A DNA stretch of 64,000 nucleotides from Tubiluchus corallicola (taxonomy: Eukaryota > Animalia > Priapulida). The DNA lies in the NCBI GenBank assembly GCA_030141605.1, contig JAQGDQ010000376.1, forward strand, positions 1 to 64,000, in the 5' to 3' direction. Positions 54,031 through 64,000 of this stretch are shown here, one piece after another. Under the pieces are notes generated by a model. The model searched no databases, was not told the origin of the DNA, and was given only the letters and a program-made list of their open reading frames with translations. The translations under genes were made by a program, and so were the position numbers. The number at the start of each line of letters is the position of its first letter. Within the stretch, counting starts at the first letter, position 1.

Positions 54031-57000
54031 AGGCAAATACTACTTTGATGTGCCTTTTTTACTAAAACACTTTGCACTCATGTGGATTTACCGTTCGTAA
54101 AATTTCGTAACACACTCGCGAATTACTGCTAGGATGTGCCATTAAGAGAACATAAAATAGATAACGGTGATTGCTCGAGTCTTGTAAAACTCAGAACGAG
54201 CTGTATGAGTTATCTCAGGATGTCACATGTAATCAAGGTGGTGTATCAGGAATTGCTGAAGCTACTGTCATCCTTAATAATAAGTCATACGATAAATGCT
54301 ACGGCAGAAGAAGAAAATGGTTTATTTAGAGTTTTAATAACATCATATGTAATTGCATATTCTTTTCGAATGTACCTGCTTTTCTTATATAATAATGTGC
54401 CTTATTGTGGAAAAGTTACATATTATTTCTCACACAATCCCTTCGTTTTCGATTTTTTATATGGCCATTTTTGGTTTTTACACCGCCTGAAACTTCACGT
54501 TAGGTAAATTAGCAGAAGCTGCTCAAGAAATTGTGAAATTTCAGTTTATTAAACCGGCACCTGCGACCTGGTATAAAATGTGTCAGGGTTATCCACACAA
54601 AAATGCAAGAGATATTGCCGTAACATATCAGGAATATGTGCTACTCCATATCATAATAGAGTCTAAAAGGTGCCAACAATTGTGATGAAATATATGCATA
54701 ATTTAAACACAAAATTTAAGTGGCACAGTATAGCAGTAAGTCATCAGGCTTGCTTGGTGACTTTTTCATTGCCTGTAGCAATGTTTTTCACAAAATAACA
54801 AAGTTCTTTTTGATTATGAAGAAATAGAGTGAAGATGCTTTTGCCGCATTTCTTCATGCAATAATGTTAATCACGATTTTTTCGAATAATTTAAATTTGG
54901 CTTGATGGTCACCCCTTCTGTTAGCTTAGAATTAACATTTGAAAGAAGCCAGTGGCAGCCATATTGACTGCCCATTTGCGTTGCATTCCCATAGTACTTT
55001 GATTAATGAAGCCGGAGAGAGGAGAGAGAGAGACAGAGAGAGAGAGAGCAAGCGAGCGCGGCACACGCTGCTAATCTATTTAGGAACTCCACAGACAACA
55101 AAAGCTATTCAACACAACTCTTGCTTACTCTGTAGCCATAACCACGCTTCACTGAGCAAGAATTCGGTGTTAAAATAGCTAAACAGAGAATGAGTCATCG
55201 TTGAAGGCACGTTGGTTACACTACAGCTAATTAATTTGCCTGCTTTAAATTATTAGTGACTATAGTGAGTGAGGCTCAAAATTTGCATATTAGAAAATGA
55301 ACTGGCGCTAATAAGTAACGTTGTGTCTATTACTATAATTGCGGTCCGCCACTCGATGCGTGCTAATCGAACTAATTTGTTATTACACTACGTTGTTTAC
55401 GTCGGCATAGTCAAACACGTTGTTACTTGCATTGAGAAATCATTGAAAAATCGATTACTAATGTATCATGAGCTGTTTCCTTATACCCAAGCCAATAGAA
55501 ATGTTATTTATTTGATTTTATGCTTTATTTCACCTCGTAGACAGTATTAAGCCACAAAAATACAATAGTTACTAAAAACTAATTGTAAAGACATATACTT
55601 ACAATTTACGGAACAAAAGAGAAAGTAATTAAAATATTTGCGTAAATGATATACATTAAAATTCCATTCAAATGGACGAAAATTTTGGAGCATACAAAAA
55701 TATCACTGTTATAAAATACATTAAAACACGGCATCTAAATGTGTACATAATCTCAGAATTAGGTCTAAGATCGTTTTTATTAATTACGATGTGTGCCTGC
55801 TGTATGGAACATGGAAACGTATCTTGTTTGATGTACTATAGTTTGTCAATGTCATATAAGTTGTTAATCATTATTGCGATAAGCATTACTCAAGGGGATA
55901 GGGCTCGAAAGCTATGCCCCACCCTTCTGCCAGTTCTAAACTTAACATTCATTGCCTTTTTAATTGTGTTATTTAAGTTGTTGAGAAACAATCGTTATTT
56001 ATTTCTCTGTTGCACATTATTTGTAGATGACAGTTGTGAAATCTAAATCTAAAAAATATATACCTGCGTATACTTTGAGAATTTGTCCCATTTGGCGTAT
56101 ACATGTATAATGTATACATGTCTGTGAATAATTAAAAGAAATTGTTTAACTCTACAGCTAGTGGGAGTCGCTAAGTTTCAAAAACAATAAATAAATAATT
56201 TGATGACAAGAGGATTGTTTGTTACGTGCAGCATAGTTAAGCCACTACACTTCTGTCGTCAAATTGTCAAAAGAAGATTTCTGTAAGCAACTTACAAGCG
56301 TGTCAAAGGAGTTTCCGCGGATAACTCAGAAACTTCTACGTAATCACAAAAAACCTAGTTTGGCAGGTGAATTGTTTTGAACAAAATAATATACAAAAAA
56401 CGAGGATGTGATTTAAATTATGGTCTACGCAACTTTGTAACTGGGTGACTTAGCCCGCTCTGATCCGCTCCTAAAATTTGACTATCATCAGGCTGTGGAG
56501 TTGTTGTACTGAGTCTACTGATTATTACCAAGTCGTGTCCTTAGCAAGTCCTCTGTTGCGATCAGTTAAAACTATTCTTAACTTTCGTAAATATGAAGAA
56601 AAATCTTGTAGTTATTTTGTCACTCACAGTTATTGATGATCACACGTACGGTTTCGCAGCTTTTAAACGACCCATTGCAGAAATTTCAGTATCAAGTCTC
56701 TAAAGACAAGTATTGCATGAAAGGAAGTACAGTTGTAATTCAAACCCTGCAACCGTTCAGTTGATTTCAGAAGCGTAATTATGTACTTGCTATTGGCAGG
56801 GGATGTTAGGAAAGCGAGTCCTTGGTTATGTAGAAAAGTCGCCACTCCTGGCAGATATTATGATCGTGCACATTATACGAAGATTTCCTAAAAACTTTGG
56901 TAAAAAGGCAAAAACCTATTTTCTTATACTCAGTTCTATTTGTTTCGTAGAATTAATAATGGAAAAGAAAAGCAGTGAGTTAAGTGGGCTACCTGCGAGA

Positions 57001-57904
57001 AAATAATGCAACTACGTGGAACAAAACGTAACTTGAGCCTTGACCATACGTTTTCAGAATTGTGTTCATCGCTAGATTTTTGCATTGTATGAGTATGTTG
57101 CAATTTCCTTAAGTTAGTAGCAGCTACTGAAGAAAGGACGTTTTCAAGGTTAAAATGAACTAATAAACTACACGATGCAAGATCGCTTAGCATTCTTTTT
57201 CATTCTTAAAGGAAAGGACAAGTCATTTAGCACGTTAAGGTTATTTTACTCTTCTCACTTAGACACAGAAGAATATAAATAAAAAAATGAAAAAAGTTTC
57301 TATAAAGCAAGCATAAAGTTAATTTATGCTAGTGCTGTGCAGAAATTTTCAAGTGCAGTGGTTGTTCACATGAAAATTATAATGTAACCGATGGATTTTG
57401 TGACTTTTCGTAAGCGCACAGTGGCATTCCGTAAGTAAGCACTACTTATTAAACTATTTCACGTATCTACACCTTACCTAATATTTATGCAGAAATATCA
57501 CAAAATTGGCTATCTATTTTTCTGTAAAAATTTATTGTACTTTTGACGGAAATTGGCAATGCACCGTTTTTCTTCCGCCGATGAACGACGTCATTGGTGG
57601 AATAATGGGAGCATTCAGTGTGAAATGATTGCGACGTTAAAGTGATTTTACCTATTAACCGAGGCACACATCACGCTTTTATTACTAAATTCTTCTAACA
57701 TTTTTGACCAACATTGAAATAAGTCTAACTTTGCAGAGGACTTGCCCTTTCCTTTAAATATTGCAACGGAGACTGGTACTTCTGTCAGGCTTCAAATGGT
57801 GTTTCTAGTGTCACAAACAGACAGTCGGGCACTATCGAAACTGCAGTTTGTCCGCAGGCCAATTAATATAATAGGATATAAAATTAATCAAAGTAATATA
57901 AAGC

Positions 57905-57968
57905 AATGTAAGGTAAGGTAAAAGAAAACAAGGTAAAGTAAAGTAAGATAACGTAAGATAAAGTAAAG
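57905..57968. repeat. Degenerate (GTAAA/GTAAG)n simple repeat
   Basis: Directly visible. Confidence 0.7.
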
Positions 57969-60900
57969 TGGGTATAAATCACAATGTTAGATTACAGCCC
58001 GAAGCCAATGAAGAATGACACCGGTTATGAATGAATGACAAACGCTCTTGTGCAATGGCCAACACGTAGTTGCTAACAAGCTAGAAGAGACTACTATGTA
58101 ATATGTTGTTTTGGTTTATTTTAGCACCTATGACATGTATTGGTTTCATCGGTCTTCACAACGTCGCTAGTGCCGCATGAAGTGCTGGCAGAGAACTGGC
58201 AGCACCACGTGTGTCGGTTTAATGGATGCAATAATCACAATTATAGACCAAGGCGTCAAGCAGCAAATTGAAACATTATAACTCATTACCATCTCGGGCT
58301 ATTCAGCTAGAGCAAACATGTTCGATCTATTAAGTGTAACCCAGTTCCGTTCACTCACCACAATTTACGTTATTGTCACGTGTAAATTGAATTTGTAACA
58401 TTACTAAAGAAAACAGACAGTTTGATTATAGAAGACAGCCTCTTTTATGTAGAGGCATGAGTTGGAATTGCCCCACGAGTCGGGAAATATCAGTAATTTC
58501 AGCAAAATTTCTTCAAATAACATTCGCCGCAAATAAAGTAATAAACTTGCCCTTAATAAACCCGAATTTCATTAAAACCAACATGCGATATAATGATATA
58601 AAATTATGCTAGTCGAGTATATAAAAACAACATTCGTGTTGCATCTTTAAATTGGTTTGTTTAACTGACTTATTTTATCTTGTTTTTAGTTTAGTCTATT
58701 AAACGAATCGAGATGTTGTAGGTACTGTCTTATTCACGAGACGTTTGATAAAATTAATTCGTTATTGCCTTGAGTATATATGTTCCAATATAAGTTGTTA
58801 GTTATTCAGTTAAGAATGAAACATAAATAGAGCTTTATAATCTGTTCGATGTTGATGTAAGCCTGCAACAGCAGAATGTGCGAAGGTGAGACTAATGAAG
58901 GAAACTTGAAATGAGATGATGACTACGGGAATGCAAGAGTAGGATAATTTGCTCTGTAAGGTAGAAGTCAAAGAATTTAACAAGTAAATTTAATTTTATT
59001 GATTAAAACAATCACTTTGTACAACAAAGCCTAATTTCTCATTATTATTTCTGAAATCTATGTTAAAAATAGCACAAGTAGGAATGTTTTGACATTTTTT
59101 TAAAATAAAAGTCATCCATTTAAGAGTTAGGAGGACTGGCATATTATATATATTTGCCTTAAACCGAAGAACTATAAACTTTTTTATGACTTTTGTTGTT
59201 TGGCAATTCATTGACCACACATAAGACAGTTTTAACAAGAAATTCACTTGTGGGGTGTAATAGAGTTAGTAATGTTTAATTATTCTAGGTACAATGATTT
59301 ATCACTTGTTATAAAAACAATTTAGACGAGCCACGTTGTAACAATCACATTATAACTATTCTTACTAGTTGGTGCAAATAAAATGCTCAACAAATGCTTC
59401 TAGTAAGTCAGTAGTTATTCTGACAGGCAAATATTCTACTATTACGGTTTAAGACTAACTATTTGGTTATCAAGTATGTATATACAATTGCCTACAGTAA
59501 AGCAGAGTCAAACGAAGTAATTAGGTCTATTTGCTAGTTTGTCTAGAAGGACAGTCATGAATAACACAACTCATTTTCATTTGCGAGTTAAAATGAACCA
59601 TCAGCTTCTGTATAGGTTGTTCTTATACAGTGTACAAGATACAGGCTATGGACCTATAAATACAGTTTGTTCCCAGTAATACGAATCAGACTCATATTGT
59701 GTACAACTATTGGGCCTACAACTAAACAGCTTGGACAATTCAGCAAACGAACAATTTCGGTGATTTATTACGACCAATATATTATGATTATGACACTTAT
59801 CTTCAAAAGTCATAACCGACAGGTTTTCAGTTAGAGACAATTCTATAATATAAATAATTTAAATCTAATAGATTAGTATGGTTTAAGATGATGTCCAGCA
59901 TATGCATGCTTGGTAATCACCATTGTTATTGAATTCCGGTGTATAGACAAAATTTCCATAGTTTTGTACACGGCCAGTACAAACAAAAATGAAATAATAA
60001 GTTAAAAACAGAAAAGGAAAACGAAAAAAGAATATTCACCAACAAGGTGAAAAATAACAATTATTAAAATTAAATGTCTATCAATATTAACTAAAAGCAC
60101 TTTTCTACAGCACCGCAGTAGGCCTAATAGCTCGTGTTGTTGTCAGTCCTTGCTCTTACCCACCTAAATTGAGTCCAAAATTATGATGCTGTAATACACT
60201 CATCTGAAAGGAGTCGTAGGTCGCATCGTAATGACTTGACGAGTTAACCAGAGAATGTAATATCCGCTAGGAGCTTAAATATATAGCGGATACTATATTC
60301 TCTGGCTTGACGCAATTCACACTTAGCCGAAGCCACTATTAACCTGTAGCTAGGAACAGTCGTGATTGCTGTGCAGTAACTGGTGTAAAATGATCGGATT
60401 TTTCTACCATTAAAAGGTTCACTTCAAGCCCCCGACTAAAATATGGCGAAACTTAATGAAATGCCTGCAACACGTCTGCGAAACAAATTCTCAATCTTGA
60501 ATCGCGAATAGCGTATGCAGAAAATCATAAGTATCTAAACCAAAATATTCAATGTTCCTAACAGTTAGTTCTTGAAACGCCAGTATTACCCCCAACAAGA
60601 CCTTGCATTAACGGATTAACTTACTCTACCAATTTTGCTGTTAATCTAAGCCCTAAATCAGCCACGGTTAAATAACAGACAGCAAGATGAGTTAAAATTA
60701 ACAAATCGAACCGTAAACTAGTTTCGGAAAGGCACGGAACTGAAGCAGTGTGATTATCGACAATTCATTCCCCAGTAATGAAAAGAAATTATCCGCCTTG
60801 TTACCAGTGAGATAAAAAGAATTCCCAAGGGCGGCGTGACTTATCTTAGTAGCTTTATTTCTGCAAAATGCCTTCTCTTTTTCCTCTCTAATTAAGCTAT

Positions 60901-61336
60901 TGTTGGCGATCGGGGATTTAAAGAAGTTCTGTGATTGCATGTAAGGTGGAAGCTCATTGAATGAGGCTGAAAGCACGTAAGCTACCAAACCATGCACTGG
61001 ACCGCGATTCTACTTCGATATATGCTTATTGCATCGTTGATCTACGTGCACAAGATTTCATTTACTGAATATGAAACTCTCACCCCAATATGTAGTAGTG
61101 TGTTGACTGCATTGAAATGGTCAAAAGGATCACCTTCTACATTCTTCGGAATTTTTTCTATACATTAAGTTTAAAGGAATCTACATTCAGACTCCAGGAT
61201 ATGGGACGACTTAAAATTAATATCAAATTTTATGTACAGTTGAAATGTTTCTTTATGTCTGCTTACCAAAAGTTCCTCATTATCTTCTATTGTAATTTGA
61301 CATGAATAATTATTTTACTTCTTATGTCTGTTTCAG

Positions 61337-61427
61337 CTTCCTGGTTGTGTTCGTGTGTTTGTTGTTCAGTGTTTTTTCTACAATAGAAGAGTATGAAGAA
61401 GCCGCAAGTGCTGTCCTGTATCACATG
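61337..61427 (+). CDS. KCNQ: KCNQ second coding exon (S1 and S1-S2 linker); gene continues beyond the window
   Basis: tttcag / atg|gtatgt; (V)FLVVFVCLLFSVFSTIEEYEEAASAVLYHM, compared with human KCNQ2 [31 protein letters not shown]; 91 nt, phase matches 33906. Confidence 0.93.
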
Positions 61428-61994
61428 GTATGTGTACTAAAACGTAATTGCAGATTTAAATAGTTAGAATGTTTCTTCGTATTGCTTGTTCAATAATTAG
61501 TAGATTACAATGCCCACAAAACACTCTGAAGTCTCAAAGTTTATTTTGTTAGGAGCTCTCACGACCTTCATCAGCTAGAACAGTGTATGACTGCCAACTT
61601 TCAGGAAATCGTGCAGAAACTTACATGCTTTGGCTAGCTAAGCTCGCCCCTATTTATTGCCTCACTCACCTCTTAAGCACATGTCCGGTTGTCCATGTCT
61701 TGCTCATATTATGAACATTGCTGTTTTTACACTTATTGTTGTTGATTGTAACTATAAACATGTGTAGAAGAATAACTTGGTGTACAAACGCAAAATTCCG
61801 AACATGTGGCAAAATAACTCACAGCTATTACAAAAGTGCGAAGGATTACTTTCAGTGAAAGCAAAGAACTCTCAAGCCTTACAAGTTGTAAATGCGGAAA
61901 ATTTCTACTAGACTCAGTGCCGCAGAAAAATTTTAGTAGGCCTACTGTAAAAGTACTTTACCAAGAAATTTATTTACTCAAATGATCAATACAT

Positions 61995-63064
61995 AGATCG
62001 CAGAACGTCAGTCAACCTGCGGGGGTCCCCCTCATAATGATCAATGAGGCGCTTTTATTTAGCGTTTACTCGATTGTTGGGGCTTTACTCACATGCCCAG
62101 CCACATTTGCACTTAAAACCTATACGAAAGATACATCTAAAGCGTGTGTTCATGATTATTTTTGCTTTTTTTGCGTAATGAAGAATGGTGAAGCGTTGTG
62201 CTTGGGGCACGTATAATGTGTATGTTCGCTGTCCAGAAAGATTAGGAGTTCGACTTATATTTCCCCAACCCAAAAAAGACTTAGACAAGTGTCACCGTTG
62301 GGTCAGAGCATGCGGGAGGCCACATGAACAGCCCAAACTCTTAAAAAATAATAAAAATCGTGCTGTCTGCTCAGAGAAGTTTTCTAGTGTTTTATTATTA
62401 TACTGTACTATTATTTATTACTGCTGGCTACATGTAGAATGTGTCTTGCTAAATCAGTTCTTAACGCACTGCAACAAGATATTCCAGATGCTGTACAACA
62501 AAAAATAGGATTTCGTTGGTTGAGTTTGACTGGCTGAACGTACAGTAGTATAGTTAAATAGTTCAGCTGGGCTAACTTACTTGATTTTTATTTAATTTAT
62601 TCAGTTTTCGTGTTCATGTTAGAATTAGGTACAAGACACTAAAATAATTTGTTTTTGGTGTAAGTAAAAGTATTATAAAAATTTTGGTTTACAACACAAC
62701 ATGTAAAGCAAGGTTAATACACCGTTTCATATTTGTTATTTTAGTACTTTGTTGCAACTTTTTATTGATAACTAGCGCTTTTGTTGTAACTACGTTTGAA
62801 ACTTCGCAATAAATCTTAATATAGTGCACATATCCTTGTGTATAATAATTAAGTCCTCTTTGTAAGGATTTACTAGACAAGTTCTTATAGTTTGGTTTGT
62901 ATCACAATAATACATTTTCCGGAATCACCGATAAATCACTTAAAATTCACCACTCTCCGTGTTTTTTCGCGCTTGCTTATTGTAGCGACTTTCAGCGAGT
63001 GAGTGTTTGTGAGAACGTGTGTTACGTGATCAACGTGGGCGGGGCTAAACGCCGCTTGCAATCT
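61995..63064. mobile_element. Non-autonomous ISL2EU-like (PIF/Harbinger-related) DNA transposon deletion derivative
   Basis: AT|AGATCGCA ... TGCAATCT|AT gives a short TIR and a 2-bp AT TSD; degenerate THAP finger on + (62185-62382) converges with a SWIM/YqaJ-protein-like N-terminus on - (about 62770-62940). Confidence 0.65.
62185..62382 (+). pseudogene. Degenerate THAP zinc-finger (transposase N-terminus)
   Basis: MVKRCAWGTYN...IFPQPKKDLDKCHRWVRACGRPH...VCSEKF; THAP pattern C..C..FP..W...VCSxHF, with the second Cys and the His mutated. Confidence 0.75.
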
Positions 63065-64000
63065 ATCTATACTCTTCTGCTTGAAACAGACCTTCCGTGT
63101 TTCGCAGCGTCCAGTCATTTTTGAATCTGTCATATTACTGAAGAATTTTTACCATTTACATCTGTTTGTTTATAAATCACTACTCTGTCCTAGAGCTGTA
63201 AATTAAATCCATTTTACAACTACGCTTAAGGAAGATGACAAGATGAATGGATACTCACACACGTTTTCCAAAATAAAGGCTACATGAAAATTCTGTCCAT
63301 TTGTCATATTTTCCCAAAAACATCTCATTAACAGTTCATTTTATTCTTTATAGGAGATAGTAGTAGTGTGTTGGTTTTCCGTGGAGTACCTTATTAGGAT
63401 GTGGTCAGTCGGGTGCCGCTCAAGGTACCAAGGGATCCGGGGACGATTAAGGTTTGCCCGTCAACCCTTCTGCATAATAGGTAACTAGACTTCTTTAGCT
63501 TTTTATTATTTAGATACAATGTAAAACATGGTAGCCGAAATCAGGTTTTCACTTGTATGAGTAAATACGAGATGTGTCTACTGTCCTTAAAAAGACGCTA
63601 AGATGCCAAAACACTAAATAACCATTTTACAGTACCCATGTCCATTATACCTTATTTTACACATGCTGAGCATACTGAGGAGATAAGGCCTAAGTTGATT
63701 GCCTGAAAATGCTATGGTACCCACTTTGTTATTTACCAAATGGGCAATTGACCATGCAATACAGTGTGCAAGCCAGGATGCAAACACTCTACTGCAGGTC
63801 CTTTCATGATCTATGTTTGAATCTGCACAGATCATCTTCCCTTCTTCCTTGCTAAAACGTCAATAAAAAATCTATTGTTCATTCCTAAAAATGGTTCTGG
63901 TGCCACATTATACAGTAAGTAGCAGATCAGAAACTGAAACACACTATGACTAAAAAACTGAAACACAAATTACTAAAAAGGATACAGGCTTGAAACAGTA

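Noticed and set aside
58197-58217. REST/NRSE-like CAGCACCACG in the KCNQ intron
   Set aside because: The right half-site (GGACAG) is missing, and canonical REST sites are not expected in this kind of genome

Overview
AT-rich, intron-containing eukaryotic DNA from an invertebrate, probably a protostome or arthropod judging from the Drosophila-like KCNQ N-terminus. Three spliced genes lie on the + strand: the 3' ten coding exons of SHOC2/Sur-8 (478-9588), an apparently complete UQCC1/CBP3 (about 11212-20818), and the first two coding exons of a KCNQ potassium channel (33644-33906 and 61337-61427, separated by a 27.4-kb intron). Between UQCC1 and KCNQ is a decayed Ty3/gypsy LTR retrotransposon (22895-27412) with both LTRs, a PBS and a TSD. 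Introns carry foldback MITEs, RTE/CR1/L2/Penelope remnants, a THAP + YqaJ-type ISL2EU-like deletion derivative (61995-63064), microsatellites and exact tandem duplications. The most unusual signal is an unexplained coding-like exon at 10195-10385. A donor 10 nt after the SHOC2 TGA would splice it in frame with SHOC2, making it a candidate stop-codon-readthrough extension or an alternative/host-gene terminal exon. All calls are by eye, from remembered protein families, with no database searches.
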